The notes under the pieces: model-generated
What the model saw: the letters and a program-made list of their open reading frames with translations, nothing else
The model's database searches: none
What the model was told of the DNA's origin: nothing
Shown here: positions 1 through 13,389 of the stretch, in pieces
Layout: every line of letters begins with the position of its first letter
How positions within the stretch are numbered: position 1 is the first letter of the stretch
Position numbers and translations under genes: made by a program
Assembly: GCA_028023455.1 (NCBI GenBank)
Contig: JAQFVV010000010.1
Coordinates: 3,534,001-3,598,000 of the forward strand
From: Epiperipatus broadwayi
Lineage: Eukaryota; Animalia; Onychophora
DNA length: 64,000 nucleotides
Direction of reading: 5' to 3'

Positions 1-2152
1 TTCTAAGTTATTTTATATATATAAAACAAATTATTTTTTTAAAATATTAAGAGTTGCTTACACCCTTATCATATAGCTGCAATATTGGCTCATGAAGTTG
101 TACCATCTAATTTATAAAAATAAAGGAAATAGAATAGACTATAACAATATGGAATATCAACGTCACTCACAACAGTAAGGGTCCTTTCAAGAAACTTGTT
201 AAATATATTATTTCCTTTTATAGGCAAATGGAGATATGGTGTAATTTATATATTTTAATTAAAATATTCATTCCATATAATCAAAAGATATATGATGATT
301 AAAATGTAACTAATTATCCATTCTAATTTATTTATAGTATACAAATCGTATAGATGGAATGAGAAGAAGCATTATCATTGTTGTGAAAATCTGAAGTATT
401 TGAAATTAAAAATAATGTTAAACCATGATATGTATTAGCTTCAACTTTGTTTTTCATTTTGTGTAGTAGTCTTTCAAAGTGTTTATAAGTTGCTTTGCAA
501 TGTAAGCTTTAAAGTGAGATATAGGTTTGACAATAAAGTTTTTAATTTGAGCTGATTAAAATCAATATATCTTATTAAATAATCACAGTCTTCTTACACC
601 TTTAAGCAAATAATTTTTATTAATATAATAATAGTTTTGACTGTTCCTTGCAGTCTTCTTCAGATCTCAATCTATTGCTCTACCTTTCCATGCTTTTATT
701 TTAAAATCAAGCAACAACTTTGTTTTTTTCACTTCTAGGTCAAAAATAAGTTGTTGATTGTGCTATTTTTGCCATTAAGTAGATTATCTACAGAAAGTTT
801 GTAATGTTTTGTGTATGCAAACTTATAATAAGTTTTTTTTAGTAATTAATGTTCAAAAAAGAAGAAAAAAACATCAATCTTTTGCCTGAATGATTATCAA
901 TTTAAAAATATGAATCAGTTTAGAGATTTTGGTAATTTTTTAAAAAGATAGACTGATTTAACTAATTAAAAAATAAGATATTTTATATAGTGATTTAACT
1001 ACTAACAAGTAAATTAGTTTAACATAGAGCTATTAAGTTGCCCTATTTAGTGTTTGGAGGAAAGACATGGACCTCTTATTAATATAACATGAAAGATGTT
1101 ATAATAATTTTATTTAAGGTTGCTCCTTAAGATTTTGAAAACTGATAAATATGGTACTATAGAGTTTATTATGAATTCAGAATAGCAAATTCTTGTACTT
1201 GTCTTGATTAAATAGGCTTGTAGTGTAAATGAACAGTAAATAAACTTTCAAGAAAGGGTATTTCATAGTGAATTTGAGCTTATTTTTTATGTTAGAGGTT
1301 GATCCCATTTTATTATAATACAAAAGAGATATATAATTAAGCAAGATATTAAAGTATTTCAAAAAGTAATGTTTGCAACAGAAAAAGTTAAAAGATAGAT
1401 AGTATCACAAAATATCAAATAAAGAGACTAAGTGATTAAACATGGGATACATAGAGACATATTTATGTTTCACATATTGGTTAGTATTCTTATCCAAAAC
1501 TGACTGTTAATTTTTTTCTTTTTTTTTCCTTTTGAAGCAAGAATGGCCATTCAGTATTTACAAATCTCAGCTGATGATCATTTTAATTAAAAGGAATAAT
1601 AACTGGAGTAATGCACTTGTATTGCTATTACACAAAAATGAAATTATAGGTTATTAATTATTTACAAATTCTAGGCTAAAATTTTATGTGGAAGATTAAT
1701 GAAAGTTGCACTTAGCTAATTAGAGCTAATGGGTTTAAAAGTTGGATGGTGTATTATTGATTATCTACAACAATAAAAATGATAATCTAAATCTAAAATA
1801 AATATGAGCTTCTAGTGTATTTAAGTTTCATTGATTGTGAAAATACTTTCAATTTTATATATTTATTGATTATATTTAGCACATAAAATATTATGAAATT
1901 GAAAACATATTGAAATTACGAAAAAAAATTCAACTGCAAAAAGATGTATTCCTAAAATAATTTATCTTCTCCCAAATTAATTTCAGCATCTCTAAAAAAG
2001 TTATTGAAAATTGGGAAATGTAAGATTTCAAGTAAATTATCTTGAAATTGCAAATTTTTTTTTATCATCAAACCTGAGGATATATTGCACGATATTTAAC
2101 CAGTTTAAATCATATGAAAATTTTTTTTAATAAAACAAAATTAATATTTAAC

Positions 2153-2293
2153 AGATTTATAGCACACAACCTTTTAGTATCTATTGATTACTAAAGCTTG
2201 CATGAAGTAGTACTATTGTGGGGGAAAAATTGCTGTTTTAACAGCTTGTGTAAGCATAAGAAAAAATGATCATGTGATATTTTAATAGTTTAA
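2153..2293 (+). repeat. Fragment of the ~450-nt hammerhead-bearing repeat unit (family A)
   Basis: Aligns by eye to 10253-10397 (agatttta..ctattga..acagcttgtgtaagcata..atcatgtgat). Confidence 0.8.
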
Positions 2294-3239
2294 GATTTGC
2301 ATTGTCCAATAATATTTTTTTTTACAAAAAGAAGTAAAATAAAATAAATAAATAGAAGAATATAAAATAGCATAAAATGAATTTTGTATGCATAATATTG
2401 CAAGTACGCTCTTCTATGTCAAAAAAGAAAAATATTTAGCCAATGTGATGTATCTGCTTTGACTTTATATGAAGTCTAAAATGAATTAAAGATTGTGGTG
2501 ATATGTAAAGGAATATAGAAAAAAATATATTAGAAAACAATAAGAAAAGTGGACAGGATTTAGAATAAGAAGAAAGGTCTGGAACTGTTGTTGATTAAAT
2601 ATAAAGTTAAAATATATTTTTTAATTTTAAAAGCTAAGGTAAATAGCTAAATTATTATAATAAAAAAAAGGCTTTTGTAGAAAAGTCTTCTAGTAAACTA
2701 TTAAATGTGAGACATCAGTAAAAATAATATAAAAATTTTGAGTTATTATATAGAACATCTACAAACTACCCCATGTGTTTTAGAACATTGATTGTGTAGT
2801 ATATGAGTTACATGGATTAATTTCACTAATTCAAGAATGTAATTAAAAAAACAGATCAGATATACTCAGTCTATCATATAATTTTCTGTGCAATATATTA
2901 TATGATTACTCAATGTCTATAACATGGTAATTCAGTTTAATAAATTTATAGATTTATGTAAGAATGCACTATATATCTTAGCACGATGAAATAATATATA
3001 TATTGTAACAGTTCAGACGAAGTTTTATGTTATTACCCTGATAGTCTGTGATAGACTTGCTGCTAAGCTGCAGCTTATATTCTTTATTTTTATTAATGAT
3101 AGTATCATTAATTATAATACTATGTATAAATCCAGACTGATCATCTTTAATATGATTTATAATTGCCTTTGCTGTTTTTTGGAATGGATTTTTCCATTCT
3201 CATATCGGCTATCTGTCTTTTTAATTTCAAACATGCAAC

Positions 3240-3930
3240 CTTTATATGCCTGACCTGATTGCAAAATCTACATGTTGTATAGTGGTGCAGGCATTCTGTA
3301 TGTATGTGCATTTGTTAATTGCATCTATTGCAACACATTAGACAATTTGATGCTGAATTATCTGTGCTGACTGTCTGACCAACCCAGTATTATGCTTGAT
3401 TTTTTGCACATCATACTTAGTAATTCTTTAATAGGTTTGCCTGACTAGCTGTTGATTCTGCTAGTACTGTTTGGGACACAGCTGTTTCAAAATCTAAATC
3501 TGGCATCATCAGCATCTTAAATTGTGATCAGTTATGCTGCAAATAAATGATCACAAAGTGCTTCATTCAGGAAATATTTGGATTCACACCTTAATGCCAA
3601 TAATCAGATTCTTGTTGCGAACTCTCTGGCTCCCCCCCCCCTGTTCTTGTATGCAGGGGTTGAAATAATATCTCTGCATTATTGTCAAGGATTGGGGGGG
3701 GGGGATAATCTGTGAGAGTTCTTAATGTTTTATCAAAATCTAGGTCAGCAGGTGTTTCTGCCTAGATTGAGACTTGAGTATCTCTTAAATTTGAGGACCT
3801 ATTATGGTCATTAATGTGGCTAATTTTACCTCCAGCTTCTTGATCTGATTAGTTTGTAGGTAAAATATTAATCGCTCTTTATAGCTTGATCAGCTCTCAG
3901 GATGGGTTAGATCAAAAGCTTCCATGGAGC
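3240..3930 (-). mobile_element. Highly decayed non-LTR (LINE) reverse transcriptase fragment
   Basis: Minus strand gives DLDFDKT (DFxKAFD-like) and DADDARF (YADD-like) in the expected order; many stops. Confidence 0.35.
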
Positions 3931-6799
3931 CAATAGAATTAATTAACCATTTTTTTTAATTTTCCCTTGTTTCCTTATAAGAAAAACAAAGTACCAATGT
4001 TTATTTTTGTGAGTTACCATTTGTAATTTTAAATTTTGACAGCTACTGCTTGTAACTGTCTCAATGGACCTAACAATCCACTGGGGAGAGATGCACTCAT
4101 GATTGGTTTATGATTTTAATTGACACGCCATTTTTCTCTGTTTTTTATTCAGGCAGATCTAAGTGATAGAATTTTATCATCATTTTGTAAATATAACAAA
4201 TCTATTTTCTTTGCAATTGCATATTTTTTCCAAACTACCGAATCTGATTTTTATTCAGGCAGAATAGTGATTTTAATATGACAAATGTCTAACTGCATGC
4301 TCGCGTATTTACTGTATTTTCCCAGTCGTGTGGAAAAATAATTATTTTATCAGACTGCATCAAATTTGTTATGTTTGGTGTATTTTATACTATTTTTCCA
4401 GCCATAGGGCAATTTTTTTTTTCTCATGTGTCATATTTTTTGTTTGACAATGAGTGCTCAATCTGATTAGAGTATGGAAGGAATCTACACTAGCCCGCTT
4501 CTGAAGGCCATGTCATGTCAGATCTGACAATTCTATTAAATAGACATTTAGATTTTGCCATTTACTAGCACACACGTGCACACGTTTATATATATACATG
4601 CAAAAAATATGGAACTAGTTTGAATAAAATAAACAATTCATTAATCTTTATTAGTCATTCATTAGACTAGAGATTATCCACTTAATGAATAATATTTGTT
4701 ACATATTTATAAAATTGATATATATTTAAATACTAAAAATAATTCAATCTTCAATCATTCATTGTATAAAAGAATGGTTATAAATATTTTAAAGCCAATT
4801 ATAATAAATGTTCTATTTAATTTCCAAATATTTATAGACATTCTCTTCAGATTCAATAAATTATTGATTATTGAATTCTTCTTAGTATGTTTTAATCTTT
4901 TGTATTAATATATGAAGCGTTCGCTTAGAATAGATGTTGTTATGGACCCATTAATGTAAGTATCTGATTTAAATAATATTTTAAAAAAATTAATAAATAT
5001 TGGATAATTAAATGGCCATTTACTAACATCTCAAATACCATAAATACTTTGATGGTCATGTTCTTATTTCAGAGCCATCTATATGAATGTAAGCAATAGA
5101 TTCCAAATATAATGATGAAAAGATTTTTTTACAATCAGTTTTTGTCTTGTTAGACTTGTGATGAAAAATGCAGTATCAAGAATTGATTATTCTCACTCTT
5201 AGAGATACCCAAGACCATTAAACTAAAAACTGTTTCTGACAATATATTTAGCATTGCTATCCAATATTTATTAATTGTATGTACTTAGAAGATGTGAAAT
5301 GTATAACATGTTAGAATTTTTTTGTATATCAAGTGCAAGCTAAAGAAGTTCTGTTACTTTTTGATTTTAGTGTACTTAGGAGAATTCTCATGTGTAATCT
5401 TAGAGAGCACAATAAAGTAAATGTCATTGCCTTGAAAACATATTACTGCTCATTTTTAAAGTGAAATGTTATTTAATGTTTGTCACTGTTCTTTAGTCAC
5501 ATTTTCTTTCTTGTTGCTCTTTCTTTCACTCTCTATTTTTTTAACCTGTGTTATCATACACTTATGTCAGTCCAAAATCCAGTTGTCATAGAGTCATTGG
5601 TCATTTTTTTCTAAATGTATTTGTTTATGCAATAACATTTTCATCATCTAATTATGCATAAAGCAATGTGAGCTTCAAATTTTAATTTGGTTTCTGTATA
5701 TAAAAACTTTCAGCATTGAGAAAGCAATGGTGTGGAAAGAATTAATGGAATAAGAATCTTAATTGAAATCCTGCATAAGATTTGGTAAAGAATAGAAGTT
5801 TCACCCAATAATGTGATATCCTTTAACAAATATGAAAGGCTATAGAAAAGAAAGTCTAAATAAGGCTCTATCTCAGAAAATCTGACTAAGTTTCTATGTA
5901 ATAGATTTCTTATTAAATCAATTGAAATAGTTGCAATATAATTAAGAGTTATTAAGCAAGAGATAGTTGTAATAATAAAAATAAACATTTCAATTTTAAA
6001 AAATATATAATTAAATGCCAAGTGCAAATTTTATTTGATACAAAGTCTTCATGATTGCACATAGAAAAGTAATGAACTGACCTATTTTAAGTTGACATCA
6101 TTATTAAAGAAACATCTCTCAGAGAAAGATTAATTGAAAGCATAAATGCCACTAAGTTTTATTTAGACAAATAGATCAAGTGAAAGAAGACTTCATGATA
6201 TTGTATTTTCTGCTAAGTTTATTTTTAATATTTTTATTTTGAAATTTGAGATATATCACTTAAAAAATTAATGATACTGAAAATTGTATTGCATAATGGT
6301 ACTTACGTCCACATTAAAGTTTATAAAAATAAATATTTTATTTATAGTTTTATAGCATCATAAATTTCATTAAAATTTTTTTTTTTTTCATTGAATTTTT
6401 TTAGGCTTAGTATTGATAGGAACAGTTATTGAAAGTAATGGTTCTCTAAGCTTTAATTGTTTCCATTAATGAATTCTTGCACAACACTATGAATTGAATT
6501 ATGAATATTTCAAATTTGCTATAAAGAAATGTGCATAATTCCACTCTCAAAACAATGATGTCATATGGATCTTTAGTTAGGAATCAAAATGTTATTATTA
6601 TATTAGCACTTATATATGGAAATTTCAAGAAAGATCAAAAATTAGTATGCTTCAATATTAAAATATTTGCTTTTAAAAAATACATAATATTCATAAGAAA
6701 TTTGATGTTTATTTCTCTGGAAGCATGAGCTATTTATATATAAAAATGCATATGGCTTTATTGCTCAGGAGTTCACAAGAAGTTTTTAGTACCAGACTT

Positions 6800-6866
6800 G
6801 CAAGCACTAGAATCAATCCTGGGACCTCATGATTCCTAGTCAGTTGCTCTGTCAACTATGCCAAAC
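6800..6866 (-). repeat. tRNA-derived SINE-like head, decayed
   Basis: Minus strand TGGCATAGTTG (A-box-like) ... GGATTGATTCT (B-box-like) with tRNA-like spacing. Confidence 0.35.
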
Positions 6867-8067
6867 TACACAGTTTCTAAACCAATTGAACACTAAAATT
6901 ACCAATTTAGATTTTCAAAATTGGTGTATTACTGAGGTGTGGAATTTTCTTAAGGAGTATGTTGTAAATACAAGTAATGGTATTCTTGAGTTCACTAATA
7001 CAAAAATCCTCATTATTTCTGTGGCAATGATTATATTATAATTTACTTATTGGTTTAGTGAAGGTTCAAGCAGAAGTTTAATGATGGAATTATAATCTTA
7101 AAAATGATTTAAACTGCAATGGAGGAAAGCATTTGCTGATCATGATCAGTTTAAGTTTTTTTATATATTGAAAATAACACATGGATTTGAAACATAATAT
7201 CTTAATTGTATTAAATCAATGGATGACTCTTGTATAGGTTAAGGATTTTTTGATAATATCTTGAATGATAATACAAGGGTTCAGATGACTTTTTAATGAT
7301 ATATCTATCAGGATGTTTAGTAGATTGGGAATCCTTAGGTATGAACTTGCATGAGGTTATATAGTCAATAATAAGTCACATTGAAACTTATTAGATTAAA
7401 AGATTATAAATGTTTATATGCTTGGGAACCTAAATATAGATTAAAAATATTGTTTTGCAAAATCTAGCTGAGTTATCATGTTAAGCAGTTGGTTATTGGT
7501 AGAAATAATGTTAATATCAATAATTCTAATGGTAGAAAAAAAGCTAGTTGTAGTAATGAAAATAAGTATTTTATTTTAAAAAAAATAATAAATATTTGAA
7601 TGTACTAACTTGCTTGATGAACACTCCAAAATTTGAATGAATGAAAGTCAATGCTATAACTAGATGTAGCTGCTATTAGTAAAACTTTTTTGAAAAGAGC
7701 ATTGGATCAAAAGATAACTTGCTCTGTCTGTATATGTTTCTGTCTGTATGTCGAGATTTTTGAATTTTTAACAATCAAAAAAATCCATTCCCATTAGAAT
7801 TTGAACTTACATCCTTATGCTTCCCAAGAAAATTCATTAGTAACTGAACCAATAGAAATATTGTTTGTAGAATAAAATTGTCTTAATATTGATTTAACTC
7901 ATACTTAATTAATTAAATTAATTAAAAAAGAAATTATTTCACACTCAGCTGCCTACTATATATATACAATTTTAATGCACAAATCAGCGCATAACAGCAG
8001 AGCTTCTTCAAATTAAATCACAATTTATTATAAACTTAATATAAATTATAATACATAATAAATAATG

Positions 8068-8108
8068 CCCGATCGCTTTCAAGAGAACTTAGCTCTCATA
8101 ATCATGGG
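8068..8108 (-). ncRNA. Hammerhead-like motif, left arm of the palindrome (helix III mutated to AGCGAU)
   Basis: Mirror of 8341-8381 with one helix III substitution. Confidence 0.45.
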
Positions 8109-8340
8109 TAACAAAGAGTAAGCGTAACAAGGTTGCTATGTGTAAATATATGCAGATATATGTAAATTAATTGAACTATATGCGTAAATCTAATTAACCC
8201 ATTTCTAAGAAATGGGTTAATTAGATTTACAACCCATTTCTAAGAAATGGGTTAATTAGATTTACACATATAGTTCAATTAATTTACATATATCTGCATA
8301 TATTTACACATAGCAACCTTGTTACGCTTACTTTTTGTTA

Positions 8341-8381
8341 CCCATGATTATGAGAGCTAAGTTCTCTTGAAAGCGCTCGGG
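8341..8381 (+). ncRNA. Candidate minimal type I hammerhead ribozyme with A3-U8 core variant
   Basis: CCC AUGAUUA U GAGAG CUAAGUU CUCUU GAAA GCGC UC|GGG: helix I CCC/GGG, helix II 5 bp, palindromic helix III AGCGCU, cleavage predicted after 8378. Confidence 0.55.
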
Positions 8382-8659
8382 CATTATTTATTATGTATTA
8401 TAATTTATATTAAGTTTATAATAAATTGTGATTTAATTTGAAGAAGCTCTGCTGTTATGTGCTGATTTGTGCATTAAAATTGTATAAATTAATTAAAATA
8501 AAATAAAAAATATGTTTAATGTTTATAAAATAACATTTATAGAAAAATGATTGTAATGATGTCATATTGATAATACTGCACATGAACAAAGATGATTAAA
8601 AGAGCTTGATGAAAATTTTTTTTTATTTAAGTTGAAATTATATGTTTTATTTATAACTA

Positions 8660-8912
8660 AAAAGTAAAAAAATAATATTTTTTTAATAAAGCTTTTATGA
8701 AAACAGTCAACTAAAAAGTAGAAAAATAAAGTAATCAAACTAAAAAACATATGTCATTTCATAAAAGCACTTGAGGCTATAAAAATCAAAAAGGTCTTAA
8801 ATACTTTTATAAAAATGAGATTACTTTTTTATTTTTCTACTTTTTAATTGGCTATTTACATAAAAGCATTATTTAAAAAAAAATTAATATTATTTTTTTA
8901 CACTTTTACTTT
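8660..8912. mobile_element. AT-rich MITE-like foldback element (same family as 38633-39081)
   Basis: Imperfect long TIRs (gcttttatg..actaaaaagtagaaaaata / tatttttctacttttta..cataaaagc) shared with the 38.6-39.1 kb copy. Confidence 0.6.
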
Positions 8913-9340
8913 GAGATCAAATAAACAGATTTAAGGACTAATATATATTCAGACATAGTTGTTTTTCATGATTTGGTTTGCATAGTCATTCAAAAATGCA
9001 TTTAACTTTTTGTTTTTATCTATTTTTCTTCTAAAATTTGAATGATTATACTAATTTATGAATGAGTGTTAATAATAATGATGATAGTCTATAGAAAATT
9101 ATTTGATTCCTTTGACTAAAATTTAAAATGTGATCATTTTTTTAACTATTAATAGTTTGCTATTCTGAAACTTTCTGTCATTTTGCTTTTTTTAAAAAAA
9201 ATTTGCTTATAATCTCATTTATGCTATATTGTTTTTAATAGAGGCAAAACTCTCTATACAGTAGTGCCACTCAGTGTAAGCCAGAGTAATCAGTGGATGC
9301 AAAAAGGGCTATATTAAAATCCCTATCTAGTGCCTACTCA

Positions 9341-9392
9341 TCCAAGATCCCCAGACTAGTTTATAGCTTGTAGCTTTCATCAGCAAAGACCC
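9341..9392 (-). ncRNA. Decayed type I hammerhead motif (GAAA changed to UAAA)
   Basis: Minus strand: GUCUUUG CUGAUGA A AGC UACAA GCU A UAAA C UA G UC|UGGGGAUC. Confidence 0.55.
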
Positions 9393-10187
9393 TTGGACCT
9401 GAGAGTCCTGCACCAAGATCTTAGAATCTAAGGCAATCCTCTAGCAACTATCTTTTATTTTTTTAGCTAAATATAAAGCTATAGATCCAAAGTAAAAATA
9501 CAATTATGTTTTCAATCCAAGCTCATTCACTTGTATAGTCATATAGATCTGAACCCATTTCAGTATCTATATGTTTTGGTGTCTTTATTGTATTATTAAC
9601 CATAGTCAATATCATCCTACTTGGTAGGATTGGTATTAAACCATTAAATATCACATGACCATCATTCCCTATGCTTACACATGTTGTTATAACAGAGGCA
9701 TTACTCTCCATACTGTAGTGTCACCCAGTGCAAAACAGATAATCAATGGATGCAAAAAATTTTGTGCATAAAATCCCTATATAGTCTGAGGATATTGGAT
9801 GAGAATACACTAGACAGGTATTTTATGCAAAAAATTTCTTGCAACCATTGGTTACTCTGTTTTGCACTGGGTGTCACTACTATATGGAAAGTTTTGCCTC
9901 TGTTATGATAGCTTATATAAGTATAGGCAATGGTAATCATATGTTGCTTAGTGGTTTAATACCAATGGTGATTATTGTTATTAAAGAACCAAAGGCACCA
10001 AAATGTTTAGATGATGAACTGGGTTCAGACCTGTATGATTATACAAGTGAATGAGCTTGGATTGTAAATATTTTTGTGTTTTCATTTTGGACTCATAGCT
10101 TTATAGTTAACTAAAAGATAAAAGGTGGCTTCTAGAGGGTTGCATTAGATCTTAAGATCTAGGTGCAGTGTTCTCCGATCCAAAGCT

Positions 10188-10230
10188 TTTTCACTGATGA
10201 AAGCCACAAGCTAGAAACTAGTCTAGGGAT
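10188..10230 (+). ncRNA. Candidate minimal type I hammerhead ribozyme
   Basis: UUUUCA CUGAUGA(10194-10200) A AGC CACAA GCU A GAAA C UA G UC|UAGGGA; intact core, palindromic helix III ACUAGU, cleavage predicted after 10223; helix I is weakened and unpaired As flank helix II. Confidence 0.65.
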
Positions 10231-11029
10231 ATTGAATAAGTATTGACAAGATAGATTTTATGCACAAAGCTTCTTTAATCTATTGACTATTCTGTCTTGC
10301 ACTATGTAGCACTACAGTATGGAGAGTTTTGTTTCTGTAGTAACAGCTTGTGTAAGCATAGAGAATGATAATCATGTGATGTTCAGTGGCTTAATATATT
10401 GTGGTTTTTTTTAATTTGATAAAAAAAATTATTATTATTATTTGCTTGAATACATAATCATAAAATAAAATTGTTTATAGTGTTCTTTAAAATATTTATT
10501 AACTAAATATGTGTAGCAAGTTCTCTACCAAAGATTAGATGAAAGTAACTACACATTGTGGTTAACCAACACCTGACCACCATTCAATCTTGTTTTTATT
10601 TACTATAAAGTTATACTTTTAAATAAATCATAATAGACATTGATCCTGTGCAGTTTTACAGAGGCAGATTCAAAACCAAATGCTTCAAGATCAAAACCCA
10701 GCTGAATAGCAAAAAAAAAATCCAGTTTAGTTAATTGAATAGATCTACTGTTCTAATCTGCCACCAGGGTGCTCAAACATCACATGAACTCTCAAGAGAC
10801 TAACTATACACTTATATAATAAGCAATTTATAATAAAAATGATTCTTTCATTTTTTATCTATAAAAATGCAACAGTCCACTATAACTTTTATGTTATAAG
10901 AAGAGATCTTGTTATTGAAAAATATAAAACATTTGAATTGGTTATGTTTAATAAACTGCAAGATGTAATTGGTAGAATTATTAATTTGAAAACTAATTTT
11001 AAAAAAATATAATTTAATTGGTTTCCAGA

Positions 11030-11260
11030 TTTACACTTTGCTGCTGATTATGCTATTCTTGCCAAATCAAAAAATGATCTACACAATATATTTAATGCTT
11101 TAAATGCAATCTTTGATTTAAAAATCTCTTAGGTATTTTTTCAGTCAAAGATAAAAGAAAAATCGTCAACAACTTTTTAGTTTATGCTATTATTTTGAGA
11201 ATATGAAACATATTTAGATACCTATATATTCAGCTACTACCTATGTTCTATTTTATCTTT
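11030..11260 (+). mobile_element. LINE reverse transcriptase fragment
   Basis: Translates LHFAADYAILAKSKNDLHNIFNAL...LKIS, matching the FADD-region consensus. Confidence 0.5.
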
Positions 11261-13389
11261 AGTTGAATCTTTAAATACTGCTTTGTCATCATGAAGTAAT
11301 ACAGGGATGACTAATCAATAAATTTTAAGACTTTTGATTTGGAAAAGGGATTTATCATAATATTACTATGTAATTGATAAATTCAACATGTAATCTAAAA
11401 CTGCATTACTTTTCATTGACAGTTTTTTTCTGAACTTTTAGTATTACTTGTCTTTTCAATTTTTTATTTTGTTTTGAGAAAGTGGGAGGTGACGAGGAGG
11501 TAGTGTGGGGGTAAAAATAATTCAATTGTAAGTTTTTATGTTTTATTTTGATTTCTCATAATACTACCTAATATTGACTTAGAAATTAATTTATGTATAA
11601 TTTCAAACAACTTATTTATACTTAACAGTTTTGTTTCAAATTTTTATTTTTATTATTTGACTTTGAAATTTTTAAATTTCTTATTTGGTTTTTAAAAAGT
11701 GAGGAGGGTGTGGATGCAGTCAATTGTAAGTTTTATTGACTCTTATGAAAACAATAATTACTTTCAAAATTAAAACTTTATTTACACCTTAGAGTAGATA
11801 CAAAAAAAATCAATGATAGCATAAAATTATGTCAATAAGAAAGTTTCAACATATACATATAAATGTGGTATGCAAACCATGTATATAGAAAAATCAAAAG
11901 TTGTATTAGATCAATAACATAGTCTCAAGAGCTGCATAAGAAAATTATGATAGGTAATTAATGCAAGTATGAAAGAAACATAAATAAATATAAATAAAAT
12001 CAAAGATTACACTAATGCCTTAAGGCAGTGCGTTATATGCATAATTAGCTAGGAATATAAAGTAAGTCAAACCTATGTATAAGGTTTGGAAATTCCATTG
12101 ATTAATGACTATCCTGGTCCAAAGAGTGAGGATTATAACAATATTTACAAATTGATATAGGTAAATTAATTATACAGTATGGAACTAATGCAAAGTTTAT
12201 GTATTAAGTATATAGGATGTATGAAAGATATACATAGTTAAAGTTTAGATTATTCTTAGGTGAAAGATGGGATATATTATTTATTCAGTGGATGGGAGAA
12301 AGTTCAAGTTTTAGGCCTAGAAATACATGAATTAAGTTTCTAGCTTCATCTGGCTCCAGGTTTGGTCAATTAGCTATGAAAACAATAATTGTCAGTTACA
12401 TTTGATACAAATTACAAATAAAACAATCCAAACAAAAATGAACTGGCTGGCTTTGAAACAACAACAAATTAAAAGAAGATTTAAATGAAACTTTTTATTT
12501 GGTGTTCCACATCCCAGAAATTGTTTTCTTTTTATTAAATACATACACACAAAAAATCATTGCCCTTTATTTGGGCCCAGTAATTTGGCAACCACAATGT
12601 GGGTGGGCAATGCAAAATTGCTCTAAACTCTCTCTTAACTTTCTTTTCTCCGTCATAGATGATGTGAGATCCAAATAAAGAATGTAAGAAGTTTTTTTTT
12701 ACTTTTTAAAAAATAATAATAGTAGTAAAATAATTTAAATGAACAACTCAGTTTTATACTTACATTTCTTTTTCGAATAAAAAACATTTTAACAATATCA
12801 ATGAAGAACACAAATTTTATTTTAAAATTAATTTCTTAAAAAAAGTATTTATTTTCTGTTCTATTTTTTAACTATTTACAAACATAAATTTTGGGTACAG
12901 AAAATACATTGAATAATTTATTAATTAGTTATTCCAGTATTATTTCATGATGTAGATGCAATGTTTTAAAGAAATATTTAAACATAAAATAGAATATTGA
13001 TAGACAAGTACATTGGTAACTTAATTTAAATAATTTCATAGAAAAGTGGATTTGGATTTAGAAGTATCTCATTATAGTGATACTGAATTCCTTTTGGAGA
13101 CCTTAAATGGAACAAGTAGGCAAATTTCCAATGTTTCATTCCAAACATTCTTGTTGCAACTATTATTACTTTGTGATTATTTATATAGTATATGACCATG
13201 GATGGACTGCTCATCAATACACATTTGTCAGTGTGGTGAGTTTATTGGCTTAAGCTTTCTTCTTAGTTGCCTGATAGCTCTTGAGTGAAATGTCAGTTGG
13301 GCTTTCTTGAAGGCAAAAGTGAATGTGTGTGTGAATGGTTTTTTAAGTAGATATTTACAATTATGAGATAGAAAAATAACTTATAGTCT

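Larger units (their letters stand above)
7963..8486. repeat. Near-perfect palindrome (244-bp arms, 1-nt loop at 8207, plus a 35-bp apical duplication); family C
   Basis: Arms are reverse complements with 4 mismatches by eye, two of them CpG transitions; 8196-8230 is repeated at 8231-8265. Confidence 0.97.
9241..10397. repeat. Head-to-head inverted array of a ~435-454-nt tandem unit with one hammerhead per unit (family A; retrozyme or Penelope pLTR-like)
   Basis: Period 454 in the left arm (gaggcaaaac 9241 / gaggcattac 9695) and 435 in the right arm (9891 / 10326); orientation switch at ~9782-9786; arms ~75-80% identical by eye. Confidence 0.9.

Noticed and set aside
3632-3705. Poly-C / poly-G tracts enclosing ATGCAG..CTGCAT
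   Set aside because: A tiny inverted-repeat relic inside a dead LINE fragment; no further support.
5710-6027. 105-aa minus-strand ORF
   Set aside because: T-rich low-complexity codons, no convincing splice sites and no family recognised (only a vague CLEC16A-like resemblance); still worth a blastp.
7963-8486. Possibility that the near-perfect palindromes are assembly artefacts
   Set aside because: Arm differences include CpG transitions and the same architecture occurs with ~10% and ~20-25% diverged arms elsewhere in the window, which favours real insertions; read-level confirmation is still advisable.
9523-10054. Two homologous ORFs ending ..GSDLYDYTSE (9523-9711 minus, 9839-10054 plus)
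   Set aside because: The similarity simply reflects the inverted repeat; differences are mostly non-synonymous and the 56.1 kb copy has a stop in the same frame.
13040-13236. Exon-like segment with AG acceptor and GTGAGT donor
   Set aside because: All three frames are closed across the segment and no protein was recognised.
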